A DNA stretch of 60,497 nucleotides, counting the filler, from Porpidia crustulata (taxonomy: Eukaryota), in assembly GCA_964255105.1 (NCBI GenBank). It is 4 parts of 4 records of this genome, joined end to end, with 100 filler letters (N's around TTAATTAATTAA, not from the genome) between each part and the next. Parts side by side here need not be neighbours in the genome. Positions count along the whole stretch, not along the records: positions 1 to 15,090 come from CAXUWE010000339.1; 3 more parts are not named here. One strand, written 5' to 3'. Below are positions 1-11,296 of the stretch, piece by piece. The position numbers and the translations under genes were made by a program. Every line of letters begins with the position of its first letter. The stretch's first letter is position 1. Below the pieces are notes generated by a model. That model was not told the origin of the DNA. It ran no database searches and saw only the letters and a list, made by a program, of their open reading frames with translations.

Positions 1-44
1 GAGTAGGACTATGGTCGGAGATCACCAATAGGTACCTATCTGTG

Positions 45-139
45 TTAACCCTTCAAAACCACAATAGTCTACCTAGTTTTAGGTTTAATTCACCAACCTA
101 TCCCGTCGAGGGTGGTGGTCCTTTTGTTGAGAGGGTTAA
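45..139. mobile_element. Possible tiny piggyBac-like MITE remnant
   Basis: TTAA at 45-48 and 136-139 flank an 87-bp segment that begins CCCT and ends AGGG, the piggyBac target and terminus pattern. The inverted match beyond these bases is short and imperfect. Confidence 0.25.
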
Positions 140-620
140 CAAGAGTAGATTGAATGGATGCTAAACATGCCGGGATTGTTAGTGGTGGATCCAGTGGTGG
201 GTGCACTTGATTTGGGTGACACATGCCAAACAAAGTCATGGGATGAGCTTTTGGGCTTGTGTGTGTGTGTGGAATTAAGAAGGGGCAATCCGGGCTCGCC
301 GTGTGTATCTATTTTGGGAATGTATTTGGGCCTGGGGAGCAGTTGACGATCACGAGATAGATACACAGTTGTTCATGGCACATTTACTGGTAGATAGGAA
401 CAGGCCATGTTTTAAAAAAAAAAATTGCTTTTAGATGGATTCTCGGTTTCCTGCACACTTTTACATGTTTCGGCGCATCTCTCAACGACAATCCCACTTG
501 AGCGGATTGGACTACAACAAAATCTTACGTCAAGGGAACCGTGAACGTCGGCGCTGCTATGCCACTACTACTCACAAAGTCAGCAGGTGTAGCTTTCGAG
601 ACCGTAGCTAGACGCACGGA

Positions 621-2987
621 TTATAGGAGGGACCTACCGGGCATCTGATCGAGTACGACAAAGCTGTCAAGGGGCTGCGCAGGTTGCATATCGGTATTGA
701 TCGGGCAGCTGCTCGGCGGATATACATCGGTCAATTGGGTCACGTCTGCAAAGGTGTAAATGTCTTGAGCTGGTGGCATATCCGGTACTGTTGATTCGCC
801 AGCAGAAAGTTGGGAAGCTTCAGGTGCAGCTGAAATATCCGTCGGTGTCGAACCCGCAGCTGCAGAGCTGAAAGATAACATATCCTGTGCGGGCGGCATT
901 GGCGCTGCAGTGGTGGCTGTTGCCAACGTCTGTGAGGGTTGATAATTGGCAATTTCCATTGGCGAGTTCGTATTCGCAACACTTTGGCCAAAACTTGATA
1001 TATCTTGTACTGGAGGCATCTGTGGGACTGTAGGCTCCGCGTCGGCAGTATCACTCAGTAGCATGCCTGTGGATATGCTTGATTGATCTGAATCTCCAGA
1101 TGAAGGGATAGGTTGTGCAGATTCTTGCATTGGCGCCATAGATGCCATCATGGACTCTGTTGCTGTAGGGTCACTTTGATCTAGCGCGACTGATTGTGTT
1201 TCGTTAGGATTTGAGATGACGGATTGACTGGTGTCAGCCGACAGTAATCCAAATGCGGAAATGTCTTGCGGCGGAGGCATCGGAGCTGCTGTAGCTTCCG
1301 TCTCTGTGGAAATTGTCGAGGAAGGCCCTATTGCTAGAGACTGACCGTCTTGTGCACCTAAGATAGGGTTGTTGTCGCTGTAGCTCTCTGCAGGCATTGT
1401 TGAAGTAGTAACACCTGGGATAGAATCTAAACCGGGAGCACCGACATCTGGAGATGTTGTCTCAGCTTGAGTACGAAAAGATTCGGAGATAGTAGTGTCT
1501 TCTTCTAAGCTCTGGAGCATGGCTCCAGCTGCCTGTGATTGTTCGTTGGGTATATCTTGACTCAAATTCATAACGCTTGGTTCATTGACGGAAGTCGCGG
1601 AAGCTCCCATTGACGCCGCAGGCTCCCGAGACATTGCGAGCTTGTCCGCTCCAGCAGATGGAGAAATTGCCGCTGCGGCGGTGCGTTCTTGTGAGTCTTG
1701 ATTTGGTATTATAGAATTGTTCTCAGCAATATTTGCTGTCTGTGGCTGTTCTTGCTGAGTAGTCGGATGCAGCTCGTTTGTACTCGAACCATCAGGAAAC
1801 GTCGCAGACGGTTCTAGTGATGAGCTGAGATTGCTCCTTGTTGCTGCCATGCTAGAATCAGATGACTGCACAGCAGTACTACTCACTACCAGCTGAGAAG
1901 TTTTGCTCATAGTCGACTCTGCCGATTGAAGCTGCTGCGCAGTCTGAGGTGCGGAGTCTGTAGTGGTTGTTGAATGGGGCAGGACTGATGGATCGGGTTC
2001 TTCACTCGACGATGAATGTTGGTCTCTTGTAGCGGGTGTAGCTGTCATCGTGCTGGCTTCCTCGTTTACTGCCTGCTTCATTGGCACGGCGGATGGGAAA
2101 AGGTCTGGATTTTCGGCGTCCGGAGCTGCAGTAGAAGGAATCTCGGTGTTTGGCTGGGTTGGATTAGTACATCCGTTATTGGGATTTGCTGAGGCTGCAA
2201 GAAGGGTCGGAGAAGGTATAGGAGCAATAATTGCTTCGTCTTGAGCAGACGTTTGAGCTGCCCTTTCGGCTGGCGCACCAGTAGTTCCAGATATTGCACC
2301 AATTTCTCCAGCATCAGTCTTGGCTGCAGTAGCGGCACTCTGCACGGGTACCGCCGGAGCATCTTCTGTCACTTGGCTCGCAGAGTCTAAGTGAGTCCCC
2401 TGTGAAGTCTGATCTTCTTGGTTGGTAAATAAAGTCTGGAAGGTACCAAATCCACTGATTGGTTGTGCAGGAGGCATCTCTGGAGCAACCGCTACTCCTC
2501 CATTGGGTGACATGGCAGGAGGACCTAAGGTATTTCCAGAGGCGGAGCCATCTGCCTCACGTCTTTCAATCTGAGCCGCTTTAAAGGCGTTATATTCCTG
2601 AAAAATACCATTGTGGGGTACGACAAAAGCACTTGACAAGTCCGAGGTCTGTTTCGGAGACTCTCCATCTTTGAATGTGCCGTCAGAGCTGTCTCCCGTT
2701 GGCTCTTTTGTCCTAGTGGTTTGGCTGAGCGGCTGCTCCGTCTCGGTAGAATTATTCGCGACCTTGGATGATGAATCCGGTGAGCCAGATGCTTCGAGAG
2801 AAGCGTCGCTAGGTTGTTGAACAGACATTGTTGCGTTCTGGTCGCTCAGAACATCCATAGGCGGGGCCAAAGAAGCTTCTGGTGGTACCTCCTCGGGCTT
2901 CTGGGACACCTCAAACCCTGCCGATGGTTTGATAGTAGGTTCGTCTGAAGACGCTGTACCGGGCATTTGCTGACCGTCGGACGCCAT
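621..2987 (-). CDS. Ser/Thr/Pro/Ala/Gln-rich, probably disordered protein with a repeated MPP[AVP]Q[DP][IML]xxF motif
   Basis: 788-codon uninterrupted ORF with low-complexity acidic composition and about 6-7 motif copies. A GTAGGT donor at 637 with an AAG acceptor at 593 could add a last exon (ATPADFVSSSGIAAPTFTVPLT*) ending at 525. Confidence 0.75.
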   Translation of the reverse strand: MASDGQQMPGTASSDEPTIKPSAGFEVSQKPEEVPPEASLAPPMDVLSDQNATMSVQQPSDASLEASGSPDSSSKVANNSTETEQPLSQTTRTKEPTGDSSDGTFKDGESPKQTSDLSSAFVVPHNGIFQEYNAFKAAQIERREADGSASGNTLGPPAMSPNGGVAVAPEMPPAQPISGFGTFQTLFTNQEDQTSQGTHLDSASQVTEDAPAVPVQSAATAAKTDAGEIGAISGTTGAPAERAAQTSAQDEAIIAPIPSPTLLAASANPNNGCTNPTQPNTEIPSTAAPDAENPDLFPSAVPMKQAVNEEASTMTATPATRDQHSSSSEEPDPSVLPHSTTTTDSAPQTAQQLQSAESTMSKTSQLVVSSTAVQSSDSSMAATRSNLSSSLEPSATFPDGSSTNELHPTTQQEQPQTANIAENNSIIPNQDSQERTAAAAISPSAGADKLAMSREPAASMGASATSVNEPSVMNLSQDIPNEQSQAAGAMLQSLEEDTTISESFRTQAETTSPDVGAPGLDSIPGVTTSTMPAESYSDNNPILGAQDGQSLAIGPSSTISTETEATAAPMPPPQDISAFGLLSADTSQSVISNPNETQSVALDQSDPTATESMMASMAPMQESAQPIPSSGDSDQSSISTGMLLSDTADAEPTVPQMPPVQDISSFGQSVANTNSPMEIANYQPSQTLATATTAAPMPPAQDMLSFSSAAAGSTPTDISAAPEASQLSAGESTVPDMPPAQDIYTFADVTQLTDVYPPSSCPINTDMQPAQPLDSFVVLDQMPGRSLL

Positions 2988-5503
2988 TATGGGTTGAAAC
3001 TTTGGGAATACAGTAAGCCTGATTCAAGAGTGTCCAGCGTCAATCCAGAATCTGCGATCGCTATCGCTATTGCATGACAATAAAGAGAAGCAATCGTTTA
3101 TTAAGTTAACGGTAAGAACAGATCTCAATTCAACCGAACATACTTCCGCCGAATCATAGCCATGACCGAGTAGCGTCGATGACCGAGTAACATCGGCGAG
3201 TTCTGACTGGTAATAATGTTAGAGCTTTAGGACGTGAAAGCTCTATTTCAGCTCCGTCCTAGGAGATGAAGAAAACAATGCATGCCTAAACAAGGTATTG
3301 GTCACAGTTCCAGCGCATATCAACAGACCAGTTAACAAGCGGTACGAGCAGACGACGGTGAGCTTAGATTGAGAAAGGTACTAAGAAGCGACTGCAGGCC
3401 CGGTGGAGTACATCATATCAGTACCATTGAATCCCGAGAACAGGAAAAGCAGTGAAAGCGAAGTAAAGAGCAAATGGCTTGGGCTGGGGTAACGATGCTA
3501 TAGGCGTCGTCTTCTTCCTGTCTGTCGCCTTCAAAGCTTAAAGTACCATGTACGAAAAGTTCTAAATATTCACACGAGCTGGATTGGGCAAATAAGTACA
3601 GTAATGTACGGTTATTAGATGGGGCAATGTCCGCAAGAAAGTAACGTATCGATGGGTTTTACGCGTAGATATGTATGCACGACAATGGGCCATACATTAC
3701 TGCTGACCTTAGAAGCGAACGACGGGAATCAAGGTACTATCGTTAGCTGGTAAGCCGATGATTGAGAGTAGATGTAAGCTAAGTTTGAATGCACGATGGA
3801 TACCATGTGACTTATAAGGTTTTGTAGATCTTACAGAATCGTATCAAGACAGCAATTTCCAACGACATGGTTGCATGAACGTCGTAGCATCAACGCATGT
3901 TCTCACAGATAGAACGATTTTAAAACTCTTGCGATTGTTTATCCACGTTAATTCCTTGATTGAAACAAAATACAGATCAATTGATTGTTTCTCGAGGTTG
4001 ACTGTTCCGTAACGTTTACCATCTATGCTACCTTAGTAATGACTGTCTCATTGACCTGGATGCCTTTCTCGTTGTTTATTGAGTATATTTTGTATACTAC
4101 GGCGAAGTTCCGATTGAACTAAACACAGTTTCAATACATCCGCGTTGCGGGGTTGGTAGGTAGGTACAGTGGGTTCTCGATGCGAGATTATACCGGCAAA
4201 TCTCAGATCTCGTTCACTGTTCAGTGGATCAGATTATCGCCGCTCATTTAGTCGATGTGGGGAAATGCACGTAGATACTATTCGAAGTAGCTTTCTCGAG
4301 CCGCTCCGGTCTTCGGATGACACTCCGGCCGTCTTCGGCCGGGCCCCACATGTAAGGTAAATTAAGTTAGACCGAGTGAAGACCTTCCAGAGCCTAAGGG
4401 AGGCTGTAGTGAAACGTTATGGGAGAGAACCGATCCAACTGTGGGGGGATGAGGCGTTGAGGCCGGCATTGGGGCGATCAGCCGCGGAGCTGAACATCCC
4501 TGCACTCGCCTCCACTAGCGTCAACTCCGAACGACATGTCTGGAAGTGATCACTTTACCCTTGAGCTCGGATCGTCCCTACATGATACTTGACTTCTCAA
4601 GAGACCAATACTCGACCAGCCTACATTCGCTAAATTCACAATGATGCAAATTGTACTCAGTGCTCTTAACGTATCACCTTCGTACTCTGTCAAGCGTCCG
4701 AGAAAGTTTGAAGAAAGTCAATTACTCGTAAGATGCTCGGAAGGTGATGGCCTCGCCCATTGGCCATGCTACTATCTCACGATGGTTTCCCGATGCCGTT
4801 GTATTCAATATTCCGTGCACTGCAGTTCATACTTTCTATCCAAGAACCATGCATTGATCTGCGCCTGTCATAGTCTATGTCGTTCTGCTCTATCCATTAC
4901 GCCACAACAAAGCTCGCGTACAGTAGACCATCGGGATGCTTCAAATTTCTTTCGATTTGGCCGCATCTCGGTCCTATTCTCTCATCAAAACTAGGAGACA
5001 AGCACGAGAAGCGATCCGAGAATGTCCGTGGTAGAAGTAGCTGGGACCTGTGTATATCTTGCTTCCACTGGTAATTCGATGAATTGGTTCTATTGGAACG
5101 CAAACTCGGATCATATCGACCTTGGACGTATCTTTGTCTCGTGAATGTCCCATCGTCATCATGTTTCGTTATTTGGCACCACGGCTAGATCGCGGAGACT
5201 CGAGAGATACACGCTTCGAACAGAGAGTGACCAATGGAGGATTTCGCTGCCTCAGATATTGGCATTGATAGTGATCGCCGAGATTCGCATCATGCATAGT
5301 GCTCATATGAGACTACCTAATTGTTTGGCTTGAAAGGTCTCACCGAACAGCTCCACGGACATCTAAATCACTGAAATAGGATAGACGAAATTGTGTGGTG
5401 AAGGCGAGGATGGCCTCCTTGTATGTCGTAGCAGAAGCTTGAATGATCGGTTCATTCTCAGTCTTTCTTGCACCTTGCCGATATCCGCGGGCCAAATCTT
5501 AAG

Positions 5504-5509
5504 TATAAA
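5504..5509 (+). promoter_or_regulatory. Putative TATA box of the lectin gene
   Basis: TATAAA about 120 nt upstream of the ATG at 5625. Confidence 0.35.
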
Positions 5510-5624
5510 TACTGCTTGTGCCTACCGACGAGTGATGTGTACGGACACTAAATTCTCTCTACATTGAGCCTGCTCTACGACTAAACACATTGTATTTGTG
5601 AGGAAGTTCTCTGACACCGTAAGC

Positions 5625-6865
5625 ATGACAACCTTCTCAGCAAATGGTGGACTCCATGTCGCAGCCATCGGTGGAAACAGGTAAATCTCATCTGGATACT
5701 TACCCGACATTGGTGAAGTCTGATAATTTTCAGCTCTATCTATTATCGAGGAACGCCATCTAGTGCCGTGGGATCGTTCAGTGCATGGGCGTGCCTTGGA
5801 GGTAGCTGTCTTTACGGTAAAGGCCTTGGCTGTAGCACTCCACAAGCAACGCTCTCGGTACTGAACGTTGATCAGATCCGGCTGCAATCACACTTGACAG
5901 AAGCACCCTCGAGGTCTTTGCCATTGGAGCTGATAGCGCGCTCTGGGCCAAAGTGCACGACGTAAACGGTACAGCCTCTACCAGCGCTGGATGGTACAAT
6001 CTCGGCGGCCAACTCTATTCCTCGCCCGTTGTCACGAGCTGGGGACCCAAGAATGTTACCGTCTTAGCCGTGGGTGGCGACCGCCAGCTTTGGTGCTGCA
6101 TGTGGAATGGAAGTAAATGGGACTGGACCTGCATCAGCGGACAACGCATTCAGGCAGACTACTTTACGGTCTGCTCGTGGGGTCCTGGCCGTCTTGATGT
6201 TTTTGCCTTAGGCCCCGACAGCGCTCTCAAACACTGCGTAAGCTCAGCCTACTAAAGTAAGGCCATTCAACCATCATTAACAGACGTGCACAGGCTTATG
6301 CCGGCGGCAAATGGAACCCTTGGGATTCGCAAGGAGGCGAATGTCACGGAAAGCCTGTGGCCGTCGCCGCGCGGAATAATCGTCTCGACGTCTTTGTCAG
6401 GGGCGCTGATTGCACAATGTTTCATTACAGTTGGGATACCACGAAGTGGGGCACATGGGAACAAATTGGCACTCAAAGACATATCTACGATCCAGATGCC
6501 GTGGTTTGGTGCTCCCATCGAATCGATCTTTTCTCTGTGGGCCCGGACACAAACTTGCTCCACACGCTCGGAGACGTGGCCGTAGGTTCTGGCAATGGAA
6601 CGTGGACCAAGACTTGGGAGAAGATTGGTGGCAACGCCACGTGCACGCCCAAGGCCGTTTGCCGCGAGGGCAAGTACGTTGACATCTTTGTCCGTGGTCT
6701 GGACCTGGCCTGCAAGCATAAGCAGTGGGATGGTGCACAATGGCAGACTGGCACGACCACTTTTGAGGATTGTGAGTCTTCCACTCTTGATCCTATCACA
6801 TTATGAAGAGCTTCGTACTGACGTTGCGTTAAGTGGGCGGAGTCGTAGTCAGTAAATACACTTGA
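5625..6865 (+). CDS. Seven-bladed beta-propeller lectin (PLL-like, putatively fucose-binding), no signal peptide
   Basis: Manual splicing across 4 GT-AG introns (5681-5733, ~5817-5875, ~6238-6293, ~6772-6833) gives one ORF with 7 repeats of the type P-x-V-x-SWGPGRLDVFALG-x-D-x2-L-x-H...W-x2-W-x2-LGG. It ends LGGVVVSKYT*. Confidence 0.85.
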
Positions 6866-8096
6866 ACAATTCGTGAGATCCATTATACAAGGGCACATTG
6901 GTATGAAGAAAGAAGTATGCCTTGAGGAAAAGTTGGAGAGGAAAGGAACGTTGGAAAAAAGCATGCTGATCGTTCATTATTTGGGTTTAAATCAATTCAT
7001 CCAGCAATCAGATTCTGAACTTAACCTCAGAGAGACCCAAAAGGTGAACCCGATGCCATTGTTTGATCGTTCCAACTAAGTCTGTTGACTCCCTTGAACT
7101 ATGACTCTGTAGTACGTAGAAAACTTAGTATTTTCGGAGATATAATCGGAACATCACCTGCGGGATTCTACGGCGTCTCTTGTCCCAGCTGTTTGGCCCC
7201 ACTCCGCATCATTGGGTAGTAGCCTTCATTCACCACAGATGCACACAGTACCTTAGAGCCAGAAAGGTTCCGTACATTCAAGTGACTGATCCGCAAAGTA
7301 GAGAGCTGAAATACTTTTCTGATTTTTAGAATCTCAATCCAGATCGCAGCTCTTCTTATCGAGCTGCGCAAAACACGAACCATGATTTACGGAAAGCGAG
7401 ATCCATGTAAGCACATACTCCTCATAAGGCGTGCACAACTCTAACAAAGCTCTCGACATTACTTATAGGTGAGTCTACTACGCGCGGCAATAATCGCATG
7501 CATATATAGGATCGAGCGCTTACAAGGACGAGTCAATCTTTGGAAGTTGATAACATGCAGCATCAGTCTACTCTCTCGACGCCTCAACCATGAAGGAATC
7601 TGAGAATCAATCGCTCAAGATTTTTTTCGACACTGCTGTCGAATAAAGAGCCACAATCGGAAAATTTTTATTGGGGCTATGTGAGTGAATGCATCATTTC
7701 CTGGCGACTCTTTGACGGTTGCGGTTGAAAGAGAAACGAAAGCGTGATATTTGTTTGCAGACATCTAGTCTTTGTTGAACAAAGGGACTGTCGTGGATCG
7801 ATCAGTCGAGTTTAGTGCGTCTCTGCTAGATAAGCTGGAATGGTTCTTTGATGTTAGCCGAGTCTGTAACATTACCGCTTGCGGCACACTTGAGGTCCAA
7901 AAACGGTTCGAGCGCATGGAAGACGAGACAAAGCTTGTCATGCTCGACTCCAAAAGACAAAGCAACATATCAAGCGAACAAAGGCACAGGAAACGTTGAG
8001 TACAGACTGTGACGACGGTTATCAAGATGATTTGTCAAGATGGATTGTTGGGATGATTTGAAAGAATCCTTGGAGCTCTTGAGATAAGAACGCACA

Positions 8097-8104
8097 TATA
8101 TAAA
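8097..8104 (+). promoter_or_regulatory. Putative TATA box of the APH-like gene, followed by a 5'UTR intron (8182-8239)
   Basis: TATATAAA, then a GTAAGT...TACTAAC...TGCAG intron upstream of the ATG at 8276. Confidence 0.5.
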
Positions 8105-8275
8105 GCTCTGTAATATCGCTCTCAACAGCATCAGTAACAACTTCTAAAACCTCATTCTCGAGCATCGCAGAGAACTTTGATGTAAGTACAGTGTATCCAT
8201 AGATGTCCGTTTCTATACTAACGATTTTGGTTGGTGCAGTACTTGGACCTACTCTTTGAATCCATATCGATCACG

Positions 8276-9273
8276 ATGTCCTTCCCAGTTTCTGAAATCA
8301 TGCGAGAGATCAACCGAGTTCTTGACAGCGTTGGTCAAACTGGCCCGAATTCCTGAAACCTTAGCGCGAAATAGTATGCAGCTTGGTTGAGCACGCTCCG
8401 CCCGGGGATGCGCTTGCAACCTGGTCCGATGGCGAGGATACTTATGTACTTCAGAACAAGGACGAAACGGCCACTTCTAGTTTTGCTGGTGATCTGTCGG
8501 ACAAGGTGAAACTGTTTTACGCTGCCGGGAGCAGTTGTGCGATTTGGACGATCGGGAATGACGTTTTCTGCAAAGTTCGCCTCTGGACCCCGGAGAAAGC
8601 ACACGAGAGCGAGATCATCGATTTCATAAACGAGCATTACCCGCACATCCGTACTCCGGAAGTCGTTCACACTTGGATCGATTCGGACCGGTCGTTCTTG
8701 CTGATCAAACGTGTCCCGGGAGAGACACTACAGGACCGCTGGCTCACCTTGTCGGCTGCACAACGGGACAAGGCTGTCACGACCGTGGCGGACCTCATCG
8801 ACACACTGGCTCAGCGGACATCGGACTCGCTCCATGGTTTCAACGGAAAGCCTCTCCCGGAGCCTTGGCTACAGACAAAAGGCGCCAATAAATTTCTGGA
8901 ACCCCTCACGCGCGAGGAGTGCGTGTCATACTTCACGGCAACTCCGAACCATCCGTCTCCGCCGATCGACACTTTCAATTTCTGTCACGCCGACCTGGGA
9001 CCGACCAACATCATGGTGTCGGCGGACGGCGAGGTCACAGGCATCATCGACTGGGAGTCGGCAGGATTCTATCCCCGTTTCTGGATCGCGACCAAGATGC
9101 AAATCTCGCTGGCCTTTGCTTTCTGTCCGGAACTACCGGGGGTGGACATCCAGGATTACGCGCGAGAGCTCCGGGAGAAGCTGCAGACGAAAGGCTTTCC
9201 TTTGATGGTGAGTTGGTATAGGGAGTGGATGGATGAAAACTCAAGCTCTTGGAGGGCTGCAATCAAAGTGTAA
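8276..9273 (+). pseudogene. Aminoglycoside phosphotransferase/choline kinase-like (APH family) gene with a disrupted 5' end, possibly a pseudogene
   Basis: Intact kinase motifs HADLGPTNIM and IIDWESAGFYP. The ATG frame (MSFPVSEIMREINRVLDSVGQTGPNS) stops at TGA 8354-8356, and the main ORF is in another frame from about 8371. Confidence 0.7.
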
Positions 9274-9494
9274 TACAAGAAAGTAACTCAGCGTTTTAGC
9301 ATTATGCTATCTGCAAAGTCACAGGTTTTCATTACATATCATCATCTAATTTTACATCCATACAACGTTCCCGAGAGAGTGACCACCCATCATTGAAAGA
9401 GACGCTATGTCTCTTATGACTAGAAATATTCCCAATTTTCCATTGATGGACGCTGAGGCTCTGCAAACAATCACCTAAGCCACAAATTAAACGC

Positions 9495-9662
9495 TCAAAG
9501 AGTAGTCTCGATGCCGTCTTCAAAACGCCGTTAGCCTTATGAAAAAATCTCTTCTAAGCGGTAACATACCTCTGCATTCGCCACATACGCTAACGCTGCT
9601 CCACACCTCTCACATATATACTTATCCCTTATATTTCCATACCTGCATTGGCGGCAATCCAT
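9495..9662 (-). CDS. Candidate 3-exon Cys micropeptide MDCRQCSVCGECRDGIETTL
   Basis: Upstream TATATAATAAAG (~9903-9892) and CAAAATGG start context. Introns 9642-9590 (GTATGG...TAG, weak branch site) and 9569-9518 (GTATGT...GCTAAC...AAG). Confidence 0.35.
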
Positions 9663-10921
9663 TTTGAGTCTCGATGAAGCTACGCCGTTCCAAGTTGAAT
9701 TAACGACCTATAGACGATGAGGGAACGGAGGAGGCAGCTCACGGACTAGGGCTGTAAAGGGCTGAGGGGATGGCGACTGCTCGGCAATTTTCAGAAGCTA
9801 GAGAGGAGGTATGCGCAAGGATTTTAGGACGCTGGCTTGAGAGATTGTTGGGCTGCTGGATTTGTAGAGTTGAGGAAGGAAAGATCGGAGCTTTATTATA
9901 TAGCTTCATGCTCATAGATCGACACCATCGTAACAGAATCATGTTCTAGACATCAAGAAACGAGATGGAGACACAAACTAGTACCGAAGAATGAACCGCG
10001 TTAGACAAGATTTGAGATTTACTGCAAGAGACAGGATAAGAATGGTTTGATACATGGAAAGCTGACAGAAGATCGCAAGTGCGTCAAACAGAAAGCACCC
10101 GATCGCAGAAATCGTGACTGAGTGAAAGTGAAACATCGCGTTTCTTCTTCTTAACAATGGTCAAAGAATTTAGGATGTTCAACAAATGTACGTAACCGTT
10201 GTCTCACAATATGCTTTGTTGATTGAGGATCAACAATGCCATACGGGCTGGAAATGAGAGACAGCCGGGATGAAACTAGAATGTTCTACTACGCGTTTGA
10301 CACTCTCTAAATTATGATCGAGGTGACTTTTTGGGGCATCTTTCCAGATCCAGCACGTCTGCCGCTCGCTCATGCCCGCTCCTATCAACTTCTTATCATT
10401 CTCATCGTCTTAGTCTTCTGAACGAGTATCATGTTTTGCCATATGCGACAGTGTTCGATCAAAATGCCCGCTGCGCAGAAACATGATCAACGACTTCTGG
10501 TTGTTACAACACCTCATTGCCCTCATGATCTTGTTCCACACTGCGTCTCCTATTAAATCTTGTTTGGAAGAGAATCCCGCGTCTTGCTTTGCTCAAAGCT
10601 ACCGATCCAAGGAAGAGACAGCAATGTTGATTGACATGACAAAAAATTCTGCTTCAGAAAATACAGCAGTGAAGCATATATAGGAGGAAATTAAGATTAC
10701 GAAAAGAAGAAAACTTAGAGAAACGATAGGAGAATGTATCAACTCTAGAAGTAGGGACAAGCACTCTCGAACAAAATGCAAACGCGCTTGTTCTTTGACT
10801 ATTCCATTGAATGTATCAACGATTAATAGGCTTTGGAATAAGCAATAGATTTGAGAATCTACCTATTGTGGTGACTGTAAATCAAATGGCGGATACGAAA
10901 TGCCGAGGGAAAATTAACGCG

Positions 10922-11037
10922 CTACTCATACACACCCCTAATTCGGTCATGCTGGCTTTAACTCGATCTTGTAACCCTAACCCTGAGTACAGTGACCGAG
11001 CTAGAGGCGTGACCGAACTAGGGGTGTCTACGAGTAG
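10922..11037. repeat. Foldback/MITE-like inverted repeat with (TAACCC)2 at its centre
   Basis: Arms of about 50 bp; the outer 31 bp match 27/31 and mismatches are mostly transitions. Each arm is built from two ~17-bp subrepeats (GTGACCGAGCTAGAGGC / GTGACCGAACTAGGGGT). TA at both ends; TAACCCTAACCC at 10972-10983. Confidence 0.8.
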
Positions 11038-11296
11038 ATCGTGTCAACAGCGCCTACGTCACGCATCGCGCTTGTTGCACCTAGTTCGCGGGTATTAGTC
11101 ATTCGTGGATGAAACGATTTTCCTGAACAATCTACACAGCACAAAGAGAAAATCAAGCCATGATCAAGGACTACTCAAGGGGAATGTGATGCTGACTATA
11201 CACGGTTCATTTTCCGAACGCCTGGAATGCTCTGAGTAACCTTGTGCATTCTTATATATGGAAATTCTCTTCTACTGGAATAACTCGAGGGGCCGC

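Noticed and set aside
4305..4345. Two small GC hairpins (TCCG-GTCTT-CGGA and CCGGCCG-TCTT-CGGCCGG)
   Set aside because: They could be CCG/CGG Zn2Cys6 sites or chance. There is no Helitron CTRR end or ncRNA context.
10972..10983. TAACCCTAA as a telomerase RNA template
   Set aside because: It sits in the loop of a transposon-like inverted repeat, and a long + strand RNA would run antisense into the 11297-12181 gene. No other telomerase RNA elements are recognisable. Not excluded without a covariance search.
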